DNA of 62,043 nucleotides, the filler included, from Rhabdomonas costata (Eukaryota), in NCBI GenBank assembly GCA_019059605.1. It is 16 parts of 16 records of this genome, joined end to end, with 100 filler letters (N's around TTAATTAATTAA, not from the genome) between each part and the next. Parts side by side here need not be neighbours in the genome. Positions count along the whole stretch, not along the records: positions 11,657 to 15,442 come from JAHMHO010000523.1; positions 15,543 to 19,324 come from JAHMHO010000524.1; positions 19,425 to 23,203 come from JAHMHO010000525.1; positions 23,304 to 27,082 come from JAHMHO010000526.1; 12 more parts are not named here. One strand, 5' to 3'. Below the pieces are notes generated by a model. It made no database searches. It saw only the letters and a program-made list of their open reading frames with translations, and was not told the origin of the DNA. Shown in pieces: positions 12,100 through 25,148 of this stretch. The position numbers were made by a program, and so were the translations under genes. Each line of letters opens with the position of its first letter. Position 1 is the first letter of the stretch.

Positions 12100-13833
12100 A
12101 CACGGTATTCACGGTACTAGCCTCTGGGTTTATCCGTTCATGAACTTCACCACTTGGTCGGCTTGTGTGGCATGTAGTGCGTCTGCGGTGCACGAGGGTG
12201 CACGACATGTGGTAATACGAGATGCAAATAATGGCATAGAAGCTTCTTTACAGCAACAAAAAAAAAGTGAACAGTGACAGGATGAGTTGGTGTGTGTATA
12301 TATTGGCAAAGGGCTGTGCTGCCATTGTGTAAAAGGGGGTGGTGATGATGATTTGGGGGGTAAATGGAGAACAATTTGGAGTCTCCTACACCAAAGTCAA
12401 GCTAACTACACGGTAGGTGAGCACAGTGGACACAACAGAGGTTTCCAGTTCGGTAGTGCGGTAAGGTTGCCATGCAAGAGACTGATGTCATTGGTTGTCC
12501 AATGGCATTAGCAAACCAAGCGAAAATAAAACCGTTAGTTGCGCACGAGAGAAGAGAAAGAATGGTACGCTGAGTTGCGCAGCTGCTGCCTGATGAAGTT
12601 GTTGGGTCGGCAGGTCGCATGAAAACTGGAAGCTGAACAACAGAAAAAGCAATCAATTGCTCTGAGACAACGCACCGTCGACAAGAGAGAAAAGAGTGTG
12701 CCAACGGGGTGGTGTTCGTGACGGAGCGACGTGCAGGGGTTTATTCCAGGATTGACGCTTGACTGTGATAGCGTTCATGGTTTTCCTCCAAGACTCCAGA
12801 GGCCAATCTGGTGTCACGAAAGCACTCTGGCGTTGTATTGACAGATGTGATGCAAAACAAGGGGTATGAGTGGCAATGGAATGCGGTAGGTTAACCTAGG
12901 GGGCAATGTGCTTTTTCAGTTGTCCGCTGAAACGATAAGGTGTTGTGGGCTGTGGGAGGCTAACAGACGTACGCATCTGTAGTGACTGCATTAAAAGAGA
13001 CTTGAATGTCAAGGCTTTATGACTTGGTAATGGAACCATTGAGGTCTGAATGGCGGAGTCAAACGCATCGTCTTCGGCATCTTCCTCGGTTGAGGCTCGA
13101 GCCTTGCGAATTCAACGCGCGACCTCGTCTGGGGTGATGCCTGGGATAGACGTGGGACCCAACTCGTGCCAAGGGTGTTAATCGTCATCCTCCGGAGGTA
13201 GTGGGACTGAGGCTCAGGAACGACAGGTTGCAAGGGTGCTGATTCCGTTAGTGAGGACACTGGTTGCGCTTTATGTACGGGATGGTCCCAGGCAGGCAAC
13301 TCAGGAGGTTCGTCTGGAACTGGTGGTGTGACACGATGGTCGATGGTCTTGCAGAACTCAGGGGCGTTTTGTACCTTACGTGCGAAGTCAATGGGGGCTT
13401 TGTCTAAGTTGTCGTTAACTGGTAACGGCTGGGCTGAACGCTCCCCCACTGGATGTGAATGCTCACACACTGGAGGGAATCGCTCCTGGAAGACGGCTCA
13501 GGGTGAGTTGTTGCTGAGTCGGTGGAATCCGAGGCTGTCCCACTGTTCGGTTCAAAGATTTCCGTGGGGGGACAGATCTACCCTTATATTTACCCTTGGA
13601 TTATCGGATGGCGGCGTAGGCGGTCCAGGTTGAGAAGGACTCCAGTAGACGTCATCTTCGTCTTTGTCCGGTAGAAAACCAACAGGGTCCAGGATTCGTG
13701 TCTGGTAGGGAATTAGTTGGTTGGGGTGCAAGCGACCCCGTGGATGTGATGAGATCTCCGTGAAGGGAAAGGGGGGATATGCTTCGTAATTGCTCAATAG
13801 TTTCCTGACATCACTTCCACCTGCACATTCCAC
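12100..13833 (-). pseudogene. Degenerate, frameshifted Pro-rich coding-like tract, possibly a decayed transposable element
   Basis: ORFs 13833-13552 and 13470-13009 lie in one frame, broken by stops or frameshifts, with no intron-like structure and no diagnostic motif recognised. Confidence 0.25.
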
Positions 13834-13851
13834 CCGCTATCCCTGGAACAG

Positions 13852-14332
13852 CTGAATATTCTGGACCTCAGCGATAACATGATCTCTATTCACGGAGTGA
13901 TGTACGTTACCGCCGCCCTTTCTACGAACACCACACTGATCCGCCTTCACTTGAACAAAAACCCTTTCGGCGACGACGGGATGTCCTTGCTCGAAAATCA
14001 CCACGGGCAGGTCGCTCGCCGTGTACCCACTCTTGGACTATCCATTTGGTTTCGGTGCAGCAAGAAGGATGATGGGCCCTCCATGCAGGTGACCGCTTGG
14101 CTTTTGGTGGCTTGGTCTTTTGGTACATCTATTCTTCTCGCAGTTTTGGGGCCTCGAGTTTCTGGAAGTTCGGGGCTGCCGCATTGCCGGTCACCACGAC
14201 GAGGTTCGTTGGAACAATGGCCGGCTGCTAGTCGCCTTTGACGAGAGCAAAAGAGCCCGCAGAAAGCCTGGAGGTGAGGAGGGCGATGATGACGACGATG
14301 ACGAGGATGAGGAGGACACTGACCCAGGCTGA
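13852..14332 (+). CDS. 3' exons of RI-like leucine-rich-repeat protein with acidic tail
   Basis: Exons 13852-14010 (LNILDLSDNMISIHGVMYVTAALSTNTTLIRLHLNKNPFGDDG) and 14144-14332 (FWGLEFLEVRGC...DDDDDDEDEED*), phase-0 GT-AG intron. Confidence 0.8.
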
Positions 14333-14849
14333 CCCGCGGGTTTCCTGAGCTGGGGATGCCGGTCCCGCGACGATATGGGTGGTTGAGTTTGCTTACGTCC
14401 GTGCGCTGTAGGTACGCCATAGGATGGTGAGGTGCCTGCATCACCGCTGTACTCTGATGCACGATGTGCTCTGTCTGTATTTCAGGTGCGCGCCAATTAG
14501 TAGTCCATCTGGTGCTCAAACAGCTCTGTGAGGGGAGAAGGGAGCAGGTTCCTGCCCATTTCCGAGGGGAGGGTGGATGCCTCAATATAGCTGTGCCGCG
14601 TACAATGGTTTTCCTTCCAACGATGCACACAACGGTTGTTTGTTGCCGAGGTTGCGGTGCCTGTCCCTGTCCCCATTCGAACCTCCCCTGGCGGACCTCC
14701 CATACTTTCTGTTACCTTCCCCTTTTTTGTGGCGCATTGGCCGCATCTTCATCATTTCGGCCCATCGTTGTCGGCACCTCGCCTGCATTTTTTTGCCTCT
14801 CGGCAGTGACCTCTCTTGAGTGCACCCCCCACGGTGCTTATGTCTGTCC

Positions 14850-14995
14850 ATGTCGGGTGGAAGCCCGCCTCCAATGGATGACTGCCCCGCAGACCCGCCC
14901 GACGGGTTGTCCGTCCTCTGCCATGACGAGAGCGTCGCCCGGCACGCCATCTTAACGGAATACCTGCAGGGCTTCGCCGCTATTCTTCACCAGAG
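14850..14995 (+). CDS. Candidate first exon of unknown gene (MSGGSPPPMDDCPADPPDGLSVLCHDESVARHAILTEYLQGFAAILHQ)
   Basis: ATG, GC3-rich codons and an AG/GTGTGT donor; no downstream exon found. Confidence 0.4.
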
Positions 14996-15309
14996 GTGTG
15001 TGCGCTGGTTGTTCTTGGCTAACGCCGCGCATACGCCCTGCAAGAGTCACGTTCACACCGCAATACCTGCAGACAGAGCCTTAGAGATTTGAGCAGCAGT
15101 GGAGCAGCGCGTGTAGGAACGAGAAAAAGATAACCGCGCGAGAGAGACTCTGGGCCCACGAGGTTTCTCCCGTTATCATCCGTGACCAACTTCAGCGCGT
15201 CCTCCAGTTAGTCGATAGCGGTGGTCAGCATTCAGTCAGACAACAGCCAGCATGCCTAGAACGTATAAATCATTTCCCGTTTCCTGATTGCGCATTTAGG
15301 GTTGGGTAA

Positions 15310-15433
15310 GGGTATCATCAATACCGGGCACCTAACATGCAGCATACTGTGCAGAGGAAAGAGAGGAGTGATAGAGTGTATGTTTCCTCTGCACAGTATG
15401 CTGCATGTTAGGTGCCCGGTATTGATGATACCC
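15310..15433. repeat. Perfect 51-bp inverted repeat at contig end (15310-15360 / 15383-15433)
   Basis: Arms read directly; followed by a C/A-only tail. Confidence 0.9.
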
Positions 15434-15547
15434 AAACCCAACNNNNNNNNNNNNNNNNNNNNNNNNNNNNNNNNNNNNNNNNNNNNTTAATTAATTAANN
15501 NNNNNNNNNNNNNNNNNNNNNNNNNNNNNNNNNNNNNNNNNNTGTGT

Positions 15548-15741
15548 TGTTGACATTTGGGTTTATCATATTCACTTTATGGGCTTACTTACAGTTGAAG
15601 AAGATTTCTGTAATTTTCATGCTCAATACGCATATTTTCTGAATTTTTTGTCTTTTGAAATTTCTTTTTGAATCACTACAGAAATCTTCTTCAACTGTAA
15701 GTAAGCCCATAAAGTGAATATGATAAACCCAAATGTCAACA
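15548..15741. repeat. Perfect ~65-bp inverted repeat at contig start (15548-15612 / 15677-15741)
   Basis: Arms read directly; preceded by a G/T-only tail. Confidence 0.9.
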
Positions 15742-16295
15742 GCCTGAATCTAAGTAAGCGCATTTTACCCCTTCCATTCCGTCAACAGATACAATTCTAA
15801 CATCCTGAGAACGCAAGTGCATAAAAAATCAAAAATATATTTGATTGAACCATTAAAACAAGACACACACCACAAAGACTGAAGCCCACTGAAAAATGGA
15901 GGCAAAACTCTTTAGATGTGTTGGTGTCCATGGGCTGTCGTGTTGATTGTTGTAGTAGTGAGTTTCCACCGGATGTTTCAATTTATGTGTTGCTTTTTTG
16001 CGCATCTCCGTTGCGAGTGTACACCTGGTTTGCTAGTAATATATTGCGTGGAACTCATTTGTGGAATAAGCTGCGTTGCAGAAGACAACAAACAATGTAA
16101 ACAAACACCATAAACAACTCATTTAGGTTCGGTTTGTTTGAGAAACCAACGCGCTTGCGTCCATCATACTGTTCTTTTGGCAAAACGTTGACATTTACGG
16201 TGACTTTCGAGCTTTGTGACACGTGTCGAGTTGGCAGTAAAAAGCTTAATAATAATCATTGCATAAAAATACTCAAGAACTGTAAAAAAAACTGA

Positions 16296-16393
16296 GTACA
16301 ACAGAGTACCAAGTGGAGCGTGTTTAAACACTGGTTCAAGAAATGCATTCTAATTCAGGATCCAAACACGCTCCACTTGGTACTCTGTTGTAC
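16296..16393. repeat. Internal perfect 30-bp inverted repeat with 38-nt loop
   Basis: GTACAACAGAGTACCAAGTGGAGCGTGTTT at 16296-16325; exact reverse complement at 16364-16393. Confidence 0.9.
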
Positions 16394-16859
16394 AAAGTTT
16401 CTTAAAGGAATCCGGAAAATATGTAGCGTTTGGTGTCACGCCACATAATGCTGGAGGACATTTTAAACACGGCTGTGGTTAAAATCAAGTTCATGAGCCT
16501 TAAACATTCCGTGTGTTGATTCATGCCACACACGCATACACGCACACACACAGAGAGCGCCTTGGTGCTATGTGATTTGGCCTTTTATTGTGTTGCTTTT
16601 TTTTTGGAGCGTTCACTGTGTTCTGTTACTGCAGGATGACACGACGGGCATGGGGAGGTGAAGGTGTGCGCCGTGCCAATCCACACCCACGCACACCTAC
16701 GTGGAGCCGTGTGCTTTCTTGGAGCCCTAGAATTGCGTGGAGAAAAGCCGACGATGTGGACGCTAGTTTTTTCTAGCGCTCCCATTGTGGGAGTCATCTG
16801 AGGAGCGCGGAGTGGGAACCGCATGACGTGAGAAGTCTTAAGCGATACCCACTCATATC

Positions 16860-18250
16860 TCAGTGGCGGGGTATATGCGTTGCCTGGTAGGTGGAGGTGG
16901 TTTCAGCAGAAGGGCGAAAACTCCACTGCGTCTCAGTTGTGTGGAGGACGTGAAGGATGAGCCAGATGTTGGCAGTCTGTGTGTGCCACGGATTGTGGAG
17001 CACTGGAGTTGGTCCTGGGTCTTAGCTGGTGAGGACATACCGAAGCAACTGATGAGTCCCACGCAACATTTGAGTGTGTTCCTCGCTCTTCTCTCTGCTC
17101 TAGCTCTGGTTGTACCCATCATAATTGTTGTGCTACACACCGCAGTACATCTTGGTCATGTCAAGCGCATGAATCGGCTGCGATTGCTTCTGGAGGACGT
17201 TGATTAATGATATTCTTTGTATTTACTGTTTGATTCGCTGCTGCGCCGCATCGCGTGCGTGATCGTGCTTAATGCCCCTCCCATCGCATATGCAGTTTAC
17301 GAGTCAGCATGGCATGTTAGACAAAGAGGCGAAGCTCATTGAACAATCCCAACAAGATTTCGTAACGGCAGTTACACCACGAGGACTTGAATGCCTCTTT
17401 CTTGGGTACAAGTTTTTCTTCGTGGTATAAGACCTCCGCATGGTGCGCCCACCATGGCTCAACGATGGATCACACAGGGCTCAAGGAGCTGTTGAAGCTT
17501 ACGTTAACGTCGGCTGAGGGACAGCTGGTGGTGCGATGGGAACGCAATGTAAATGCGTGGTATTGAAGGAATGGAGGGCCATAATGGCGCTCTAGGGCCT
17601 TCGCTTTTGCTCACTCGTGATTCCCACAAATGCGATGCCGTTCAATGTTCACCTACATAATTTGACCTGCCTTGTCAGCATCCGTATATAAATCAAGCCG
17701 CATTGATGGTGCTTCAAGTTTCTGATGTTTGGGCTGTGGTCATAGGTCTGAAGGAATCTGGGAGCTGCTGCTGCCGCTGTCTGTGAGGGCTCCTGAAGCT
17801 CTCGCTGCTGGTGTTGGATGGGAGAGTGCGAGGTGCGGTACCACAAAGGTCTGAAGGTGTTTGCTTCCTCAGGTGGCCTGAAAAGATAACGCCGGCTTTG
17901 TCGGCTCGGGACCGTGTCTGCCTTTTGTCATGATAAGGAACACACAAACATTGGAGAACCATATCCGAAGCTTTTTTAGCACCACCACTTCTCGACCGTT
18001 TGCTTCGGATACAACAGCCAGATAACATTCCGGAAGGTCGTATCCACGGATTTCTTGCAGTGTGAATGCAGGTCTCCTGGAAGGGCACCAGGCGCTCCGC
18101 AATGACTCCGCGAATTTGCTCTTTTGGTGCATACAATTACGTGATTAGCGTAACGTATTACCCCTCCATATCTTGCACTGTGGTGTGGAGGACCTTGGTG
18201 CCGTACTCGAAACCTGCCCGTAGACGCTAACCAAGAGATACACAACCAAA
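16860..18250 (-). mobile_element. Possible highly decayed reverse-transcriptase element (Penelope-like?)
   Basis: Stop-riddled frames containing ADKAG (~17905-17891) upstream of ALDMTKMY (~17168-17145), loosely like Penelope ADKG and xDxxxLY motifs. Weak. Confidence 0.2.
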
Positions 18251-18655
18251 CTATTCGTCGCTTTGTCTAGTAGTCCATGCTCTAGGTCTGGTGGGGGAGC
18301 GGAACGCTGGACGAGTAAATATCGTCAATGTGGCGGAAAAGCGTAGACGAGACGGTATGCCGAAGCCTAATTGACAGGTTGGCTTCAACCTGACCGCCTA
18401 CGTTGATGCAGTTGTGCTAGTTCAAGTAGGTCAAGAGTCCTGCGACTTGGGCTTGAAGGTAGCTCGCGTAAATAAACCGTCGTTGCAACGCGCGTACAAA
18501 CAAAGAAAAAAGCTGTTTGAGCGCAACACCTGCGACCAAGGTTCCTCTGCACACAAAGGCTGTTGAAAAAGGCGTCCGCACACAGAGCAAATTCTAAGAG
18601 AGGGGTAAACAAAACTCAGGCAGGAATGTCGATCAACAACGCGCCAAATGTCCAG

Positions 18656-18697
18656 GCGAAAAGCGTCAAATGCCAAGCGAAAAGCGTCAAATGCCAA
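18656..18697 (+). repeat. 21-bp tandem duplication GCGAAAAGCGTCAAATGCCAA x2
   Basis: Read directly. Confidence 0.85.
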
Positions 18698-21600
18698 AGG
18701 GAATCGGGAAAGAAACGACTGGGCGAGGGGAACAACCCGAAAACTTCTCGGAGGTTGCCATATCCCATCTTTGACCTAGAGTCAATTCATCGCATTGTTC
18801 CGCGGGGAGACTAAATCCCAAGCTTAAGCGACAGCTTCGATGGACCGTTCCTTCGGGTGCTGGTCTGAAACAGAACATCGGGGTGCCCGCAGGCGCGCAG
18901 TCAATATTGCATTTACGCCTTGAATCATTCCCCCGACTAACGGATGATTCCCGGAAGGCGGGTTCATTTTGCAGGCCGTTCCGGTGGAAAACCTTGGGGC
19001 GTCGGGGGGCCGGTGATCCCAAGACTTTCGCATAAACGTATTTCTGCAAAGAAAGGTGGTTTCGCCAAACGGCAGTATCTATTGGCCCCGATCCTTAATG
19101 GCAGAAAACCTGAGCCGGGCCACTTCCCAACTGGCAAGGTGGCGGCGCCAACGCACCAAGCGGGGCGGCCACCGCCGCACCGCAGCAGGAAACTACGGAA
19201 AACCATGGGCGACGGTGCGACGCCAATTGGATTTGGGGGAGCATTTCCGTCAAAACTCACGCCCTTACGGCGGCCAACAAAAATCCTCTTTCTTTCCGCG
19301 CAAGGCAGATTTAACAAACCCACANNNNNNNNNNNNNNNNNNNNNNNNNNNNNNNNNNNNNNNNNNNNTTAATTAATTAANNNNNNNNNNNNNNNNNNNN
19401 NNNNNNNNNNNNNNNNNNNNNNNNGGGGTTTGGGGTAATCAATCGGCTTGCCGCGTGGGCGCTAGTGCCTGCTATTAGTACTTTACACCGTGATACTCCG
19501 GAAGCTAAGAACGCGGACCTTTAGCTTTCACCATTGAATTCTTGAACAGCAGGGGGGCAGATGGTTGAAACCAATTCGGAATCACCAGCCATCAAACAAG
19601 TACCACACTTAACAGGCCAGTCTGTCCAGAACATGTGTGTCAAGTGTAATGTTGTGGCGCAGTTGTGATAGCCTTATTGCTTCTTGCACGGCTCCTTCGC
19701 CACTTTTTTTTACTCACACAGGGGTCAGCCCAGTCTGCCCCGCTACGCTTTGACTTCTCCTTGAACGGCAAGGTTTCGTTCGCCCCACCACCACCACTTA
19801 TTTCAAAGAAGTGGCTCAGAAGAAACCTTTAACCTATGCTGGTTGAGCTGCAGTCGTGCGGTGCACTGAGTTGATTATCGCCAAATGTATTCAAATGAAC
19901 TGCAACACATTGCCATGTGTGAAACCCAAGGTATGATTGCTTGAATTCTTTTAAAACATTGACACAATGTTCTGCAGCTCGCAGCAAAAGCTGCACAGAC
20001 CCCAAAAAAGGGGTGGATGGAATGAACAGGAAACTTCCCAATGCTATGCAACGCAAATGAACGCGTGCAAAGAGCTGACACACTGTCTGAGGGAACAGTT
20101 TCTACGCGAGATGAATGTATTACATGAAAGTGTAATGGAACTGACATCGCTCATTAGTCTTTGGTGCTGCAGGATTTTGTGGGGGCAGCACGGATTGAAC
20201 GCAGCCGTCTTTATCTCCACCAATTCTCAGAAGCATGCTGAGGGGCCCACCTCTCTTCCTCTCTCTTTCAGATGTCTTTCCAGTAACCTTTCCACCAGTT
20301 AGGTGCGTTTTTTAGGTGACCCTTTTTCTTCGTTCGACCACCTCGCCCTTGTATTTGTCACTGAGAGAGGACGGTGGGACACCGCTTCACCCCCAGTACT
20401 GCCTCCTGCTCCAATTGATTCTGTTTTGGTTTCATTCTAGAGGGAGGATCCTCGCTTCCCGTTGTTGCTGTGTGACGGGGTTCGCCGGTTCTTCGTTTTT
20501 TTTCTTGCGGCTTTCTCCTCGCCACCCTTTCAGTGGCACTGCCGGTCAGCCCCAAGGAACTCTCTGGGCTTTGCAGCTCGCCGGAAACCCCCCCCTCCCG
20601 CAGACACTGTATAGTTTACTGTTTCACCTGCTAATTTTGGTGTCTTCTATGTCTTCGTTTGATGGGATTGTGGTGTAGTCATATTACACGTGGGAAGCAT
20701 GCGGTACGTTTGCTGATCTCCATGGCCGAAGTTGCTATTGCGCTGAAGCAGTCTTGATCGCTCGCGAAGCCTCATAGATGAGGCTGCGCTCCTTGTCCAG
20801 TGGCGTCCATTCAGAACGTCGGGGTTGTTTTTGGTCCACATTCGTGAATGCGGTTGCGCGGCACCAAGATGTCCTGGTAGAGACCACGCGTCGTCGTGGT
20901 CCTGGTTCTCTTTTCCGCCCACCTGGTACAACGTGATCCTGGTCCTTGGACGTCACCTGACCAATGACCCTCGCCTCCTAATTCCAGTTCGACTTGTGGG
21001 TGGGTTTTAAGTTCGGGGACAGACCCGCGGTTTTGAAGAGGTGGGCGCCGTACGGGCGGCAAAATTAGCATCGAAATTGGGCCCTGCAAACGCGAAAGCG
21101 GTAGTGAGCGTGGCCAAGCGCACGTGCCAAGGTTATTGCCAAAGAAAACACCAGAAACAAAGCGCTACAAAGAAAGATTCCGTTCCGAGGGGAGCACCCC
21201 ATGGAAATAACAACTGTTATTTGAATCCAAACAGACAATGAAACTTCCGATCACAAAGAAAATCGGGCAATAAAATCAGGAGGGGAGGTGGGCAAGCAAT
21301 GGGGGACACAATGTTTCACAGGCGGGGTCAAAAGCGGCAAGGCAGCAAGGATCCAGCGCGGGAAGGGGGGAAGGCAAACGGAGCAGGCAAAGGCAAACAC
21401 AACACTAAACCGAGACAAGAATCCAACCGCGAGCACGCCAAGAATACGGAACCGAATACCTAACAAGAAGCAAAATTTCCAGAAGAATAATGGATGGAAC
21501 TCGTCCCCTGTAGGGGACCACAGTTCAACCAGTAAATGCCCCACAGGATAATCGAAAGAAGGATTAGGGGCCAGCAGGCACCCGGGGGACTAACCCAACG

Positions 21601-23551
21601 CGAAAAGAATGAACACAGGACCCGAACCCTCGACCCCAAAGACCGCGGCGACAGCAATCCCCACTAACACCACGCCCTTTGTATTTTTCCCGACACCCCG
21701 TATGCACATAACACAGCCTGAACCCGAAAACGCGTTACCCATAAACCCAAGTACGCGTTCGACGCGAAATTTCAACGCAGCCTCGAAGTACGACCCCGAT
21801 TTGAGGAGCCCAATGTGCGATTGCTCTGCAATGGTGGTCGCCGAGTCCGTCTACGAAAAACCCAAATGCACAACCACCGAAAACACTACCGGCATCACGA
21901 AAGCGATGTCACGTTGTTGAGATCCACCCAGCGGAGCCTTCAGGATTGAAGATGTGATTCCAATTTGACATAACTAACTTCCTCCCACTGTGTGGTCGCT
22001 TGATGTGCAAAACTGCCCCAAGAAAAGCAAACTGTCGTAGACTGCGAAGTGGAGCCCGCCAACGGCTACGCCTGCGTGGCTCTACTGCGGTATGCCTCGA
22101 TACGATCGACATGCCTACGACAATGCCAAGATATAACCCGCCAAACGATAGCCAAATGCAGAGATAGGGGTCGAAGGTGTGAAAAGATGCATGATAGAAG
22201 CTAAGATGTGATATTGCCCTAACAAGCGCGGTGGGTGGGGTCCATAACCCTCCGTGGAATGCCGCCCACTACGCTACATCCGCGGCGTTACGGTTACTAC
22301 GCTCCAAATGGACACAACATCAACAGTTTCAGCCCCGTGCTAAGAACTATAACGCCATAGTAATCACAGTAACAGGAGTTAACCTGCGAAATTAACATTT
22401 CAACTTCTATTTTAAAAATAATTGCCAACTAAAAGAATATATTGAAATTTTTGTGACCACATGCCGCTCAGTACGCAGCGCTGGTCTTTCAACAGTGTGG
22501 CGGCGTGGGCCCGCTCAATAAGGGGCCCATGTGCTGATGGATGGGCACAAGCTCCATGAATTGGAGCAGAGGCCACAGGGATCGTCGTGGAAAACGCCAG
22601 TCTGTAGCTGATTGGTATGGAATCAGTGGAGGTTGGTGTCTCGGCGTGGGGTATCGGTTGGTCACAGGATTCCACCTCCATCGGTGGCCTGTGGTCAGGA
22701 GTGGAGTGATAAATGCCCAATGTTTTCATCTTGTGGTCTTCGGTGGAATAGTCTGCAACGCCTCTTATCAGCATCTTGACGCGCTGTGCCAGTGGAGTCT
22801 CCTCCATCATCCACATTGACGCTGACAGCTGACGTCTTGTTTCCATATGTACATCTAGTATTCAGCTGCTTGATGATCTTTTTTGTAAAATAAATGACCT
22901 AACTGTGTAATTAGACATGATTTTCCGCAGTCCACACGGAGGTTCTCCTTCCTGCGTCATTGCATCCAAGCAGGTACCCCTTATACTTATCATTGGGCGA
23001 TACCGGTCCGCAATTATACCGTGAAGTATAAATCGTGTGGGCCTTTATGAAGCAGGTGTTGTAACAGCAGGTCTGCACTAGTTCATGAATCTGCGGGAGG
23101 CACTTTTACTTGAGTGCTGAGATGTTCTCGTATCCTCAGATTGAAATTGTTGTCTCTTTAAGCACACTGTGTCGGCGTGCATGTGTTCTATTCCAAAACC
23201 AACNNNNNNNNNNNNNNNNNNNNNNNNNNNNNNNNNNNNNNNNNNNNTTAATTAATTAANNNNNNNNNNNNNNNNNNNNNNNNNNNNNNNNNNNNNNNNN
23301 NNNGTTTTTGGTTTATCACTGAACCTTGCATTTCAACTTAAATTGGCAATCGCTATTCACGCTGATTCACGTTGGCTAAAGGGGGGCGAACCTCACAACA
23401 AGAGGAGTGATGACACCAGCCAAAACCGACCGACCTCCTCGACGACAGATCAGGAGGATACGCGCGCAGTGGCCTTCCAGTTCCCTCCAAGCCGGGCTTC
23501 TGAAGGACTCTGCGGTCACTCACACATGCACACGTGCACACAAGTGCTCAC

Positions 23552-25148
23552 CCGTTGGTGAGGGTGAAGATGAAGCACTGCCACAGGGTGCTGCACAGTC
23601 GAGAGCCGTCCGCCCCCACAAAGTCATGCGCAAAGAACGCGAACCCGGCGATGCTGAACAGGTAGATGATGATCACCCCTGCGGGAAACGCGAAGGTGCA
23701 TACATTCCCATGCATGGTGCCTCAGCATATAGTGGAGATCAAAAGCACAGCAAAGAAAAACAACAAACATCACGAAAAAAAAAAGAAGGGATTTCTTGCC
23801 ATTGGAAGAAGACTTCAATCCAATTAATGCTGACCTTTCGAACTCTACCGGATTTCTTGGCATATAAAGACACAGAAATGTGCGGGGCAGCGCAAGGGTG
23901 GTACAAAAGTTCATACCCAGCAGGGCAGTGAGGACGAGGCTGCGGCCGTTGGTTGTGATGGCCTGGATGACGTTGCGCAGCAGCACGCTCTTCTCCACCA
24001 CAATCAGAAGGTGCACGGAGCAGAGCAGGGGGCTCCACGCCATCCCCAAGAACGCGAACACAACCTGCACAGACACGGAAGGAGATGGATTCCACTGCCT
24101 CACTCCAAAAAACAGCTGATGCAAGGTGCGGGGGAGGCTGGCTGAAGCCACACCTTTTTTTTGTGGGGAGAGGGCCACTCGCGTCACCTCAAAAGCAAAG
24201 CAAGCATTGAAGTTTGCACTTTCGGATCATGGTGAAGAAAGCAAACTGTTCCCACGGTTGGCATTTCGGATTGCATGAGACAAAATCACTGAGGTCATGC
24301 TCTCGGCTGATAGAGTTGGCATTTCTTTTTTCTCTCTTACAGAGCGCAAAGAGCTGCAGATCGCACGCGTGGGCACTCTTACCATCAGCACGTTGTAAAG
24401 GTACCCAATCCGCACGTCCCGCGGGAGGTCCCTCAGCCGTCCCAGAACGGCCCAAATGTCATGCAGAGCACTGTCCTTGGACTGCCCCGGCTTCTGAAAC
24501 GCGAGCAACCACCCCAGGGTAATCACAGAGTAATTCCATAAAACTGCTGCCTTGAGAATCGCAAGGGTACCCACAGCGTTGGACAACTGGGGTGTAATAG
24601 CAGAAACAACACATATATAGAGATACAGAGATTGCCGATCGGGAAAAGGGCGCCAGCGCAAGGGTTTGTTGCAAGGATTTCGCAAGGAAGCCCAACTGTC
24701 AATGTGGACAACCACACACCAACACGTAAGTACTCACGGCACATACTCGGCCGTTGCGGTGCTTGTACAGCAGCACCGGTAGCTGGAACAGGTACACCGC
24801 AGCGCAAATCCCCAGAGTGAGCAGCAGCAGCACCAAGTCTGATGCACAACCCCACATGCAAATGCTTACATAAATACACACACAACCACGGACAAAGCTG
24901 AGGAGAACCCCCGGGTGGTCAACGGCGAGGTCCCACGGTTGACGATCTGGACATCCAATGGAAGCTTCGATTTCGCAGTTCTGTGTTAAAAGTCATGAGG
25001 AAAAAAGCGAAAAAGAAAGAGAAGAGCCGCTTTTTGGAAATGTTACTCCGAAAGATTCCAGAAGTAATACAACGCTCACAGCCACAGTCATGCACATACT
25101 TGCAGTGAAGGTTGCGGTGGACATCAGAATGCCCACGGTGGCTCCAGG
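23552..25148 (-). CDS. ITPR: Inositol 1,4,5-trisphosphate receptor-type Ca2+ channel, transmembrane and pore-proximal exons (partial)
   Basis: Exons 25148-25100, 24946-24890 (both tentative), 24838-24747, 24493-24383, 24064-23917, 23678-23552 splice in phase: SVHLLIVVEKSVLLRNVIQAITTNGRSLVLTALLGVIIIYLFSIAGFAFF...CSTLWQCFIFTLTNG, the IP3R S4-S5 linker, S5 and pore helix just before the GGGIGD filter. Confidence 0.88.

Noticed and set aside
18944..22120. DIRS/tyrosine-recombinase remnants (NYGKPW at ~19190; VGGKENQDHD at ~20910 on -)
   Set aside because: Only loose few-residue resemblances, in different contigs, with no catalytic motif set.
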